Assembly (NCBI GenBank): GCA_026914245.1
Contig: CP110439.1
Location: forward strand, 7,378,001-7,442,000
DNA from: Puccinia triticina
Taxonomy: Eukaryota
DNA length: 64,000 nt
Direction of reading: 5' to 3'
The position numbers and the translations under genes were made by a program. Of this stretch, positions 12,509 through 25,099 are shown piece by piece. The notes beneath the pieces were generated by a model. The model was given only the letters and a program-made list of their open reading frames with translations, made no database searches and was not told where the DNA came from. Numbering within the stretch: the stretch's first letter is position 1; each line of letters starts with the position of its first letter.

Positions 12509-14563
12509 ATGGCAGCGGGAGTGCAAGAGGGGAGACAAAACCCCCCAATTAGTCCATGGATGCCCTTCAAGCACAAACCAACACGAACCATGAAAACCAG
12601 AAGCCAACAGGAATCAACAAGAACTCGCAAACAACCCGTGGTCATCATCTACAAACCACCATCATCGCAGCAGCTAGTCTGGGATCCCACCCAACTCGAA
12701 TCAGTCATGTAAGCTGCTCTCTTCTTCTCACCCAAATCATCACTCAACACTCACTTCATTGATACAGCCAGGATAGACAACTCTCAACTAGACGTTGGGT
12801 CGATGAAACTCGCAGCTATGGATTCGAACCTGAACTATTTGTTCAAGAATTCCCAGGATCTCGCGAGGAATCGGTTGGAACACACGAATCACTAGAGTCG
12901 AAAGAAACGGAAGAGAGGAATGAGCTGAATGAATCGAAAGGAGTAAAAGAATCGAAAGAGATGAAAGAGATGAAAGAATCGAAAGGAGTAAAAGAATCGA
13001 AAGAACTGAAGGAATCCACAGAGCCGAAACCACGAAAAACACCGGCGCAACAAAAAGAGCCGACACAACGGAAAGAATCGACAACAAAAACAGAACCAAA
13101 ACGATCAAAGCAACCGCACAAACTAAAACAACCAGAAGAAAAAAATGAATTTGAAAAGAATTCAAATTGTTCGGTTAGTGAAGGATCACGGCCGATTGAA
13201 GATCCTGCCCCACGATCAGAATCCACACTAGAATATCTCCAACTCCCACCAGCCTCATCGTCGAGCCAGGCGACAAGAAGAGCCCCTCGGAGCTTGCATG
13301 AGCAGCCATCTCCGGACAGGAATCGCTCGGAAGACCCAGAGTCTAATGATACGCCTACTAATAAGCGAATCCATGACCGCCGAGCAAACGGCCCATCTGA
13401 GCCATCCAGCGAGCCCAAGAAAGCCCGCAAGATATCCTATCCCGGGCGCTCCCAGCCGGGTCCAACCCGACTCTCAGGATACGACGCGCAAGATCCATTC
13501 GGGTTCGTACATGCCGAGCGAGGCCGGACAGAGGCCTTGTCTGCCGACGATCATCCTCCTCCAGCTCCTCAAGACCCGCCCGTCAATCCGCCCCCTCAAG
13601 ACCTCTCAGACCCTCTCAATAACTCCGATCTCTCCCTCGCTGACTTGCTCAACCTCCGCAAAAAACCGGCTCGCAAACAGGCCAGCCGGAGCGCGCTTTC
13701 TCGCAAAGGTTCGGCGGCGCCTGTTCCTGCTCGTCGGCAACGTCAACGTGCCCAAAAGTCGGCTAAACGTGGCCCCGAAAAGAGCAATTCTTCTCTGGTC
13801 AGTCACCTCGATCCTTGCGCTCTTCTGAACTTTCCTGTTGACTGAAATTATGTATGTACGAGCTGATAGAATAAAGGAGCGCACGATGAAAACCATTTGG
13901 GTGATCAAGAACTACCTCCCACTAGCCCATCATCGTCATCTCGGGATCCAACGGGCCAGCTGACTCAGGGCTCAGACGATGAAGAGAGAAGGTTGGTGCC
14001 TAACCATCCCCCCAAACCAAAACAAAAAAGCTTTTCCCACGAAACTCGGAGAGTCGCACACCACCCAATAAAATAAGACTAACATCTTCTCTCGTCTGGA
14101 TACACATCCAGTCCGTCTCCCGCCGCCAGTCCCATGGCAACGAATCCGCCCAGTCGTGCGCGTCCGCGTCGGAAATCCCCCTCGAGCCGCAAGATCCTCA
14201 AGCCGAAAGAAAACATCCCCAGTCGACCGCGTCGGTCGAGTAGTAGCAACGCCAAAGGGTGCCATAAGACGGGCGAGAGTAAGAGTCGGAAGACTGTTAA
14301 GGGGAGGAACGTCCGACGTCCTGTCGGTGCGGAAAAAGGGCGCCCGAGAACCATTGTACGTCCTTTCTTTCTTTCTCTTCGCTCTTCTGTAAGTGCTCGC
14401 CCATCGTCCTGACCCCATCCCTCTCCTGGTCGTGTGTCCCCAGGACGCCTCAGAGACTGTCTTATCGGGCGTCGATGAGGACGAGAGTCGGGCGCGTCGG
14501 CTGAGCTATTATCGGGCCCTCGACGAGCTCCAGTTCGAGGAAGAAGTCGTCATCGATCTCTGA
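12509..14563 (+). CDS. Multi-exon, largely disordered protein with KEN box and sororin-like C-terminus
   Basis: Frame-consistent intron 12709-12767, further likely introns ~13798-13869, ~13992-14112 and ~14356/14389-14443. KES-repeat region. KEN at 14206-14214. Terminal exon reads ...RARRLSYYRALDELQFEEEVVIDL*. Start codon uncertain (12509, 12560 or 12590). Confidence 0.7.
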
Positions 14564-17220
14564 CATTCTCCTCCCCTCCTCTGCCCTTGCAAATTCTCTG
14601 CTGGCAGGGGTCTCCCGCGCTGTCACCTCTGAACTCGTATCTTCTATCGTTCCTTGTAGTACAAAAAAGACGCTGGATACTTCGTCTCTTGCCCCTCATA
14701 TTACCCTGATGATCAATATGTGTGCATATACCTTACCTGTTACTCCAGACACTCATCCCTTTCTACCCCGCACTAAATCTCTTCTTGTCCCTGTGACCAT
14801 CAGTCGCCCAGCCTGGTCTGTTCGCTTTTTTCTTCTGTGGTTGATCTTGTCTGTGTGTACCAAAAAAAGAAAGAAAGAACGTTTGTTGTTGTACAGTGCT
14901 CAGAAAAAAGTCTTCGCAATCTTTGGGTTGGCTGAGAAACCCACAAGCTGCACAAGTGAAGCCCTCAGCCTTTGGGGAGCAGGGAAAATGAGGGTCCCCA
15001 CAAAAGTGGATGAAGTCTTGTTTTTGCACAATACATGTAGGTGCATGATAAATAGTTGAAAACATTTTTCCCCTGTGTTTGCTACAACAATTGAGGTTTC
15101 ACTGAGATTTCAGACCGCATTCAACACGACTCATCGGGAGGTATCCAAAGATAAACTCAACATTGTGCGCGGACAGATTTTCAGTGGCCGCCATCAATTT
15201 TGAAGTGCTGTCTTGAAGACCCCAAACATTCTTGTATACACAAGAGCAACAAGTTGGGGTTTGATTTTGGTTTTGAAAGCGGTTTGTTCCCCTGCTGGCT
15301 CCCTTTCCTGTTTCTTTCTGAACAAAATGGTCATAAAGGAGAATGTACCGCCTGCAGGCTGTACCATTGGCATATGTGGCCAGAAATCTAGAGATGGCAA
15401 ACAACTCGTTGCCAGGTTCCTGGTACCCGCTGGCACCAGCACCGTCGTGCCAAAACAAGTGGCCAACAACTTCATAATGAGCAGCACATATGTGGTACGC
15501 CATTGCAATTTTTGCTTGGGAAATTGAATGACTATTTTAATCTGCAGAAATGGTTGTCCATGGCACAGGCCCCTAATTTAGAAAAAATAAATAGCTGTTT
15601 TTTGAACTATCATGTACCTACATTTTCCAAAAGCAGTGGACAAGTTCCAGTCAAGATCTGGGGACCATGCAGATCCTGTTTAACTTGAGCCTTGAGGGCT
15701 TGGTTTCCCTGTGAAGATTTACGCTTTTTGTGTCCACAATCCACATTGCCATCTTGAAGCTTTGCAGATATGCGGGGAAATCATCCATGATCAATTGCAT
15801 TCATTTTTTGAACCATCCGTCTATCTCCTCCTTTCAAAAGCTGAGGAGTCCGCATCTTTGGTTTGCCAAACGTCTTGAAAACTTCCTTTTGGGCACCATC
15901 TGACCACAAAACTTGATTCCTTTTGGTGCACACCACACAAGACTAGCCTAAAAAAAGGACTTCGCTATGGAAAAGATGATCTACGGGAAAAGAAGAGATG
16001 TAATGCCAGGGAAGGACAGATTAGTATCTGGAGTAACATACATGGTATCTTCATCTATGTATATCGATAATCAAGGGAGGTACCATAAGGAAGAAGATTC
16101 AGACTATCCTGAGTCTTTTTTACTGCAAAGCACGATAGAAGCTATGTGGTTGTTGGCCATGAGCCATCGTTGTTGCGGGCGAGTCATAGCATAGAAGTAA
16201 TCGTGAAAGGTTCGCCCGGCACCTTGCCGTGCAGTGCTTTGGGTGCTTTGTCGGGTCATGACGGCTTTCGGGATCATGTCCGTTGCGGTACTTGCCGGCG
16301 CGACGTCGATGCTGACGCGTCCGGGTTTGAGCGCATTCGAGGCATGGTTGCTCGGGGCCGTTTTTCTCGGCGCGTCTAGTGGAGACGCGACTCTTTACGC
16401 GCACGAGGTGGCTGGTCGGACGGGTGGAGGGGCCATAAGGCCAATGAAGGGGGCAGGTCGGAGGGGGTCGACCGCGGTAGTGGGGGGAGCGATTTGTGGG
16501 GTAAACAGCGGAAAAAGCTGTTCTTCCATCAAAAAAAAAGAATCATCTGCCAGCCTCTGCCCTGGATAATAGGCGGGATCGCAGTCAAGACCATCCAGGG
16601 CCGCTAATTTTACGAGGGCTCGCGGAGTGACCAGAGGGAAAGCCAGAAAAAACCGGCCCTCGGATTGCACTGAACTTTCAATTGATCAAGGCGACTGCCC
16701 ATTGCCTTCGGCCTGACCGTTTGCGCCAGTGGGCGGGTTATCTGTAGCTATGGATGGCCCAGATATGCTTTATCTAGCACCCTTTCCTTCGCTTTTCTTA
16801 CAAGCTTCATCCAGTTTCCCTCACACCTACTGAATCCTATTATAACAACAGTAAGCTTTCGGACATAACTTTATCATCATCTCGACTTCTTTTGTTTTTT
16901 CTACGATACCATTGTCAGACACAGATATTGTGTGAGCTATAGCAGTCACTCTTAGCTTTTTTTTTGGTTTCCGAGAATTACACGCCGACAGCGACCGCTC
17001 CCGGAAACTTTTTCCACGTCTTCAAATCCAAATTATCGGCATCTTTCCGCAAGATTTTCAGTGTTTGCCATCGAGTTCTATCAGTATCACAAGTATCATC
17101 AATATTATTTAGGATTTTTTTATTTTCTTCTTTATTCATCTATCTTGTTGGGAACCCAGCCTGCAACTGCAGCATCACGGATCGTTTTTCACTTTTCTTG
17201 CATACCTCCCGATTGAAAAG

Positions 17221-19334
17221 ATGCCTTCCGACTTCGCCACGCAGATTGGAGTGACGCGACTTCCCAACCTGACTGGAGATGGCCGCGATGGATTTCCATC
17301 TCGTGCGCAGCATGATTGGTGTGTTGCACAGTACCTTGGTGAGATGTGTGAAAAGAAAAGAGGAAAGGCTTTGATTGTAAGTTTCCTCCTTCGTTCTTTA
17401 CCAAGGTCCTGTCATCTAACCAAAAATGCGGTGTATAGGACAAAAATCTTTACGACCGGATCCTGGCCGTTTGCTTTGATGACAGCAACAAGAAGACCGA
17501 GACTGCCCAGTTCCGTTGGTGGGTTCGCCGGACCTTCAAGCTGTACTCTGAGCCTCATGGTCATTATTTGATGCACGAAAATCGGCCGATTGCCGTCAAG
17601 GAACAAATCTACGACATCCTGGTCTATGCGCATGCTGAGTGCGGACACGGCGGTCGGGACAAGACGTCCGCGGCAGTTCGCCGATACTTCTCCTGGATCC
17701 CGAAGGATGTCGTTTCTCGGTTCGTGTCAGTCTGTCCCGGGTGCCATGCTCGCACACAGAAGGATGATGAATACTTCAGCAATAAGGGAATCGATGGATA
17801 CTATCCCGTCCATGACAAAGTCCGCCAAATGTCAATCGATAGCAGAAGATCTAGTGTCGACGACTACAAGAACACCTCGCCGTACCAACCACTTCTGGCT
17901 GCTGGCATGGTCAAAATCCTCAAAGCCGTCGAGGGAGCTAGAGCCTTTCATCCTCTGGCAGAGCAAAACTCGTTGTTGTACGCCCCCTCCGCAAGCGCCA
18001 GTGCCGTTCAAACCAGCTACCTCCCCGTGCCTGGGACCCATTTACTCCCTTTTCCATCTGCAAGCAACTGTCCTTCCCCTCTGAGTCTGCCACAAACCCC
18101 TCTCGGGTCTATCACCAGCCCTGCAAGCTTCTCTTCCGGGGTTGAAGTCTCAACCGCAGATGTTTACCGAGAAAGTTTTCCAGCACTCAATCAGGCCTTC
18201 GGATCAAGTTATCTGCATTTTCCCCACTCTCTCGGTGTGCCGGCGTATGTGAACAGTCAGCCACGTTCTTTGAGTCTTCCAGTCGGTGGGTTGAATGAGT
18301 TAGAGCAAGCGCCCGGATCATCAAATCCAGAGAAACTTTCCGGCCGAGTTGTCAACGCGAGGAGTAAGTCCCAGTGTTCTCCCTTCCCCTATATCGCCAA
18401 ACCCTCTCGCCCAAGTGTGGGACGCAAGATGTCCTCAAAGTCACGAGAATACAAGAAGACGGCGCTCGCAGAGAGCTTTACTCCATCGGCGGATATCTAC
18501 TGTTCCACTTCTTATTATGGCTCTCAGTCTTCTTCGGCTCAGAGTCTGTCGAACTCGGAAGACGATGGCAACAGTAAATCGACATTCTCGTCCCCGCCGA
18601 CCGACCAATCTATCTTACAACACCAAGAAACGTTCCAGGACTACTCTCTCTCTCAGAGCTCAAGCCAGGATCTCGAAAACCTTCAATCCCTTGACATTCA
18701 TGCACAAGTAGGACCTTTTGGTGAATACACCCCGGAGCACTCGGTCCCTGATTTCTCAGCTCTTCACAATTTCCCCCCATCCCAAATGAGCTACATGGAT
18801 CAATACAACGGTGATGCATTCTTGGGCGCAGTGCAAGTACCGGAGGGCTGGAACGCGGGGCACGATGGTGTTTGTGACTTCATGCTTCCGGATCTGTTGA
18901 ATAGCCAAATCTTCGACAACTCCTCGCCCACTGATTATTGCACTCTGGTCAGTCTGCAAACACCTGGAGTAGGTCCGTCCGACGCCCTTGGCCATGAAGC
19001 TCACCTCCTCCAATCGTCAACCAACTTTCCTCCCCTCGACTCATGGTCATCTGACGCGGCCTCCCAGCAGGAGCTTTACAATAACATTACCGACCCGTGT
19101 TACCAGACTCTCTACCTCCCTATCAATCAAGCTGACGCCGACCTCTTCCAGATGGGCACTCAATCTCTCCCTTCTGATACCGACACCCTCCAGCACCAAG
19201 CACTCAATTTTTCTAATAACGAATCCTCCAAGAACTTCTCAAACATTGAGCCTTCTTCTTCAAACCTCCCTCCCAATAGCTTGGGAATCAATTTCTCCGA
19301 TGATTTTCAATTCGGAACCAATCAGATTTATTGA
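17221..19334 (+). CDS. Protein with an integrase zinc-binding (HHCC) domain and a long S/P/Q-rich tail
   Basis: ATG 17221, in-frame intron 17377-17438. Motifs KRGKALI, TAQFRWWVRRTF and AHAECGHGGRDKT...WIPKDVVSRFVSVCPGC. Long uninterrupted ORF to 19334. No DDE core and no LTRs. Confidence 0.85.
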
Positions 19335-19838
19335 TCTCCCGATGGACAAATTAAAGTTTCTTTTCAAGCCTGGACATATTGCTAGCTTTCTCCATTCGTT
19401 CCTATCCTTTCCTTTTTTTCAAGTTCCTCGCAACGTTTCTTTACTTTTGTTTTTCCCTCATCGTTGACTACACCACAAGGACAATTTTCTCTTCACCTAG
19501 TAGATGTTTTCGCATTTCTTTCTGTTTGTTTCTTTTCTTTTTGTACCAATTCAGACAGGTTGTTGTCCACGTTCCTTTTCTGTTTGTGTACCGAAAAGCA
19601 AATTCATTTCCGAAACCACACAGCGGCACCCCGTGAAGCCCTGAGCGCCGGCAGAAGTCTATATGTGACGAATAAACAAGCAAAGCCAGCGACACTTTTG
19701 TTAGAAAAAGTTCAGCCAAAAAAAGGGCCCTTTGTCCCACATCTCCTGCACCTTGCAACATTGTCAACTGCGACTTTAACGGTGAGCCCTTGCTTCATGC
19801 TCCCCCCACTCACCAAATTTTTGCCTTGGGTAGGCCTG

Positions 19839-20200
19839 ATGGTCTTTGTGAAGTACTCGCGCGACGTGAAGTTCATTGTCGTCAAAATGGCCGTGCGAGG
19901 ATAGACTCTCGCCGAGATCAATTGGACTCTTGACCACAAGGTGTCCGAAGACTCCCTCCTCCGGTGGAAAAATCTGTAGCGACACACCCGCGATGTCGTC
20001 CGAGACCCGGCGCTGTACGCCGAGCGGGGTCGCCCTTTGGCCTTCAGCCGCGAGGAGGCCGTACCTGGATGAGATTCAGAATCACATCCAGGCAATGACC
20101 GGCACCCAACATCCCCTCAGCACAATCCAAGCCGAGTTGAAGTTCCGCCTCCTCATGACGAAGAAAACCGCCCGCACAGTCAACCCAAACCAATTCCCCG
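19839..20200 (+). pseudogene. Tc1/IS630-like transposase N-terminal (HTH) fragment
   Basis: MVFVKYSRDVKFIVVKMAVRG*...SLLRWKNL*...RGRP...YLDEIQ...STIQAELKFRL, with stops and a frameshift. Confidence 0.6.
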
Positions 20201-20372
20201 ACGCTTGGGCGGACTTCAGCAAGGCTGCACAGGATTAATTTCCCGGACCCTTGGCAAGGCTGCACAGCCCCGTTGACTGGGGGTGGGGGGGGGGGGGGAG
20301 TACAGCCTCTCTAACAAGAATCTGGCAACTAACAACAGTCATTGAGCTGAATAAGCAAAGGACGTCTTGTAG

Positions 20373-20579
20373 CAATGCTGAAACAAATACAATACATGGA
20401 GTGTATCTGGTAAACGTTTTTCATTGAAGATGGAGACCTACATGTCCTATTTTTTGTTTTCAGCCATCATATACATAATAATGGCTACATAAAAACAAAA
20501 AACAGGACATGTAGGTCTGCATCTTCAATGAAAAACATTCACCAGAGACACTCCATGTATTGTATTTGTTTCAGCGTTG
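20373..20579. mobile_element. Foldback MITE with 7-bp TSD
   Basis: Near-perfect palindrome CAATGCTGAAACAAATAC...GTATTTGTTTCAGCGTTG. TSD CTTGTAG (20366-20372, 20580-20586). Confidence 0.9.
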
Positions 20580-21011
20580 CTTGTAGTCTGTTGTTTCACT
20601 TTTCTTCTTGGAATCTATGTGCCTTTGTTCTTTATTTTTGTATATTCTTGGTCTTGTTGTACTGCTCAATGTCATTTCTCTTCATTCCCATATTCACGTT
20701 CTTCTTTTATTTCCTCATCCAACATCAAAATGACTTCACGCTGATCTTCACATAAATGTTCATTTCTCAGCTTTTCAATATTGTCTCATGGCTGCAATCA
20801 TTTCTCCAAAAATCAGCGCTTGTAAATTGTGCTTTTTGTGGGCCACAAATTTGTTGAGGGCAACAGAGGTGACACAAAACCAAGTGAGAGAGATGCCAGT
20901 GATATGGGTGAGGACCAAGTCCAAGCACACAGTTCAGGAAAGTACAATGATCATTCAGTGTGGAAGGATCACAGTGAGGGGGGACAACTAGACTATATAC
21001 TTGTACAATTA

Positions 21012-21193
21012 AGGTGTTCAAAGTTGAAATCATAAAATTTTCAATGCATAAAATCATAAAATCATCAAGCTTGCAAGTGATGATTTCATATGTATCATTC
21101 TAGAAATGTTGCTCTAATTTGAGTGCTTGGGTGCATCCTATTCTTTTCAGCTTAGAATTTTATGATTTTATGCAAGTCAACTTTGAACACCCT
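21012..21193. mobile_element. Small MITE, Tc1/mariner-like
   Basis: AGGTGTTCAAAGTTGA ... TCAACTTTGAACACCCT inverted ends flanked by TA. Confidence 0.65.
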
Positions 21194-23001
21194 TATATAT
21201 ATGGTATTCAAAATTGCACATGCCACTGTTTACATAAAATCATAAAGCCCATTTTGGCTGGGAGATGTCAGCGTGCATAAAACTTAAAGTGACATCTCCC
21301 AGTTATGTAAAAAAATCCTATGCAATTTTGAATACCACAATAGGTGAAGTTGTCGGTGTATAGATTAGAACCATACTATGTACATAGGGAAATGCCAACA
21401 CACAATCACAACAAAATTTGTGAGACAAAGTTGCAAACCAAGGGAAAAAACATGCACCGCTCACCAGCCAAACCAAAAATGTTTGGCCAACAGCAGCCGA
21501 GGAAGTTTTTTGGTGGACCAAAGAGGATGGGGGGAGTGAGAATGAGTCTAAAGAGGTGAATAAAAATCCCGCACAAAAGGATTGATCAACTGTTGGACAA
21601 GGGTGCCCTTAGACTCAAAGAGGGGGATCAGGCGGAGAGGAGATATGGGGTGAGTGGGGACTATGGGCGGGGAGAGCGCCCCAAGCTTGCCTCAAAGGCA
21701 CTCCACGGAAAGGAGGGTCTGACCTGCAAAGCCACACCATTGTCCCTACAGACTCAACAGGCCTCACTGGCCCTGACAATCGCTGCGCCCAGCCAGCTAC
21801 TCCGGGGCGGTTCTGGAGCGGTGTTGGGGCACCAAGAAGGGCGCTTTTGCGGGGCCTCCAAGGGGCCGGCCGGCTCCCAGGAAGCCGCCTTGTGACACCA
21901 ATCACAGCGTGTTTCTGCCGGCGGGGATGGAGGAGGGGGTGAAGTGGGGAAACACGCCGCGAGGCTTGCGCTCTCAAGGGTGCCCAAGGCCCAGCTGAAA
22001 GCAGAAGTGTAAAGGGACGTGCAACACGTGCGCAGCCATTTGGCCGAATTCTGGAGGGCCACTTTCTAGTCCTTCCTTCGGAGGAAGAAGGGACTCGTGT
22101 TCAAGCTCGCGCGCGACCCAGATCCCATGGGATCCATGGACCCCACAAACCACCCCCCCGTCATGCCATCCTCAGCGCGCACTCCACACAGCCACAGTCA
22201 CAAGCACGACTTTGCGTCATCATTCCCAAAAACCAAGAACAACACAACACAACACAGCGTATTTTGAGGATATTATGTACAGACAGGTGTGCATTTTAGG
22301 GGAGGTACTGGTGCGCCGAGGCCGGCGCCGCGGCTCGGGTGCCGCTGGCCGGGGCGCGTCCGCCCCCACATACACACACACACATACACGAAGAAAACTA
22401 ACACCAAAAAAAGGGGAGAGGAGGAGGGAAGGGGGGGTGAGACGAGCCGGGAGAAACAGAGGCGAGGACGGCCGGCTGGTGTGTGTGCGGTTGATGCACG
22501 GACCAAGAAGCGAGGAAGAGGGAGGATGGGGGCAGGAAGCACAGCTAGGGCGGCGGGGTACGAGGAAGAGAGCCTACACACATGTGGAAGAGAAGTCTAG
22601 ACGAGTGAGTATATACAAGAGAAAGACAAAGGAATATAAAGATAGAATATGTATATAGGTGCGGGGGGATAGGATAGGCGAGAACGGGGCTGCTCTATGA
22701 ACCGAGGCGGATGCGGCCCCGTCGTCGCGGCCGGCGGCCGGCGCGCCAGGCCCGAGAAACGAAAAGCCCAGCACGGCGGGGGGGCGGGGCCGGAAAAGGG
22801 GATGGATGTGGGGAGGGGAGAAGATACAGGCTCTGGGGGGGCGGGTATGGGTACAGATGTGCATGTGTGGATACATGGAGGAAACGCGGATGTGTGTTGG
22901 TGGGCGCACGCCAAGCCAAGAGGACGAAGGGGAGGGATTAAGGCGCATATAAGGGTGATGGATTTCGGGCGGTGCGTGGAGGCAGGAGGGGCTCCGATCA
23001 G

Positions 23002-23529
23002 TTACTGGGGGATAAGCGACATGGCCAGCCGGAGCAGCGCGGGGAGCATGACGGCCGACGAGGTCGTCCGGGTGACCGTGGGCGGGGCGGCGGTGCCGTT
23101 GCCGTGGGCGACGGGGGTGGTGGTTGTAGTTTCGGTGACTTGGAGGCCAGTGCCTTTGCATCTCTGCCAGACCCGGGAGAGTAATAAGCCAGGGGAATGT
23201 ATGTGTGTGTGAGAGAGAGAGAAGCGTACGTTGTTACTAGCGGTGGGCCAGCAGCTCAAGTAGCGACACCAGTCACAGGAGGCGGCGGGGTCGTCGGTGA
23301 AGAAGTTCTGGTAGAGCAGGACGAACATGAGGATGGCGCCGACGAGGCCGACGAGCCGGACAGCGTAGAAGGTCCAGCGGTGGGCAATGGTCTGGTGCAG
23401 GACGGGGAAGAGCAGGATGGCGAGCAGGATGCCCATGCCGAAGCCGCCGATGTGCGAGAAGTTGTCGATGCCGGGGATCAGGCCGAGCAGCAAGCCGGCG
23501 ACGATCTCGAAGACGAGGAAGATCAACTA

Positions 23530-23563
<34 letters not shown>

Positions 23564-24771
23564 GAGAAAGCGGGGATGAGTTTTTACGTTTTGTGCAGGA
23601 GGAGGGGGGGAGAGTAGAAGAACCTTTCTGGCGGGGCGATATTCGATGGACCAGTGGGCGATGAGGTCGACGAGGACGGCGGCATAGGTGGAGAAGATGG
23701 CGCCCGAGGCGCCGACGGAGGGCTGGCCGACGAGCGAGAAGTTCCCGCCGAGGATGAAGCCGAAGATGCCCGAGGGGATGTAGAGCAGCAGGAAGCGCAC
23801 GGAGCCCATCTGGCGCTCGATGAGTGCCGACGACGTCAGCTGGACGGCCACGTTGAGCAGGTAGTGGATCAGCCCCGCGTGCAGGAACAGGGGCAGCACC
23901 TGGCCATCCCGCGCGGCCGGTCAGCTCGGCCTGGCAGCTCACACCAAACAGAGAGATCGACTTACGAATCTGGGTGATGGTTTTGTTTCGTATGTGAAGA
24001 GACACACCCCCCCCGGTCAGTGTGGGGGAAACAGGGGGCGGGGAGAGGGGCTGCTCACCTGAACCTCTGGTCGGGGATGGCGGGCTGGGCGAAGCCTCCG
24101 AAGCCGCAGACGGACTCGAGGGACTGGGAGCAGGTGGCGTCGGGGGAGGTGGAGTTGAGGCAGGGGAAGGGGATGTTGGAGAGCGCGGGGACGTTCTTGA
24201 TGCCTATTACAAGCCACAGACGCCGTCAGACGGGCTGTTGTTTGGGGGGGGGGGGGGGGGGGGGGGGGGATGGGTGCTTACAGGGGGTGAATCGGGCGCC
24301 GGTGTTGATGAGCACTTCGGGGGAGGGGCCGATCATGAAGTTGAAGGTGGGCTTGGTGGCGATGGGCGAGCCCTGGTATTTAGCCTACGATGATCGGCAG
24401 ACAGAGTCAGCAGCTGAGATGAGGGTGTGAGAGAGGGGGGGGGGTGACTGGACGTTGGTGATGAGTTCGATGAGGAGGGCGATGAGCATGGCGAGGCTGA
24501 GGAGCCAGCAGATGTAGGCCCTCTCCTGGATGCCCACGCCGTCCTGGTGGTTCTTGATGCGCTGGTGGAGCGGGGAGGCGTCCCAGAAGATGCGTTTCCA
24601 GAGGGGCGGGCGGGCGGGGATGGGGATGGGGATGGGGAAGTGCTGCTCGGGCGGGGGCGGATACTTGGTGTGGGCATGCTCGTCGAGGTCGAGGCGGGTG
24701 TCGTCGGAGGTGGTTGAGGCTGAGGTCCGCTTGGCTGGGTGGGGGTGGGGGAGGGCGTGGTAGTCGGCCAT
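23002..24771 (-). CDS. Rhomboid-family intramembrane serine protease (multi-exon)
   Basis: FNFMIGPS...GARFTP, PLFLHAGLIHYLLN, catalytic SVGASGAIF, DNFSHIGGFGMG (catalytic His), CDWCRYLSCWP. Several GT-AG introns. ATG at 24771, stop at 23002. Confidence 0.93.
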
Positions 24772-25099
24772 GGGGTGGGTTGCTGGCTGGTTCTGTGGGG
24801 AGAGGGAGCTTAAGTAGCCTGCCACCTGGCGACTGGCTGCGGGGAGTGTGCGAGCGAGCCAGGCTTATCGCCATGCCCACCCCCACTCCCCCGGGGCCAC
24901 TCACACCGACGACCCGCGCTCCATCCTGATAACAGAAACGATTAATATTGTTGTTGCCAGTCAATCAACTATGTAAACCAAGAGAGTGGGGTGACATATC
25001 TCTATCATGATCAACAGCCAAAGCTCTAGATTGCAGAGTCTACAAACCACTGATTGTCCCAATCATTGGGGTCTTCAGGACTGGACTTGTGCACCACAC

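Noticed and set aside
14760..16700. Short Cys-rich and other ORF fragments on the minus strand
   Set aside because: No recognisable family or coherent gene model. A decayed transposase is possible but unsupported.
21590..23000. Short GC-rich ORFs downstream of the rhomboid gene
   Set aside because: Low-complexity, UTR-like sequence with no motifs.
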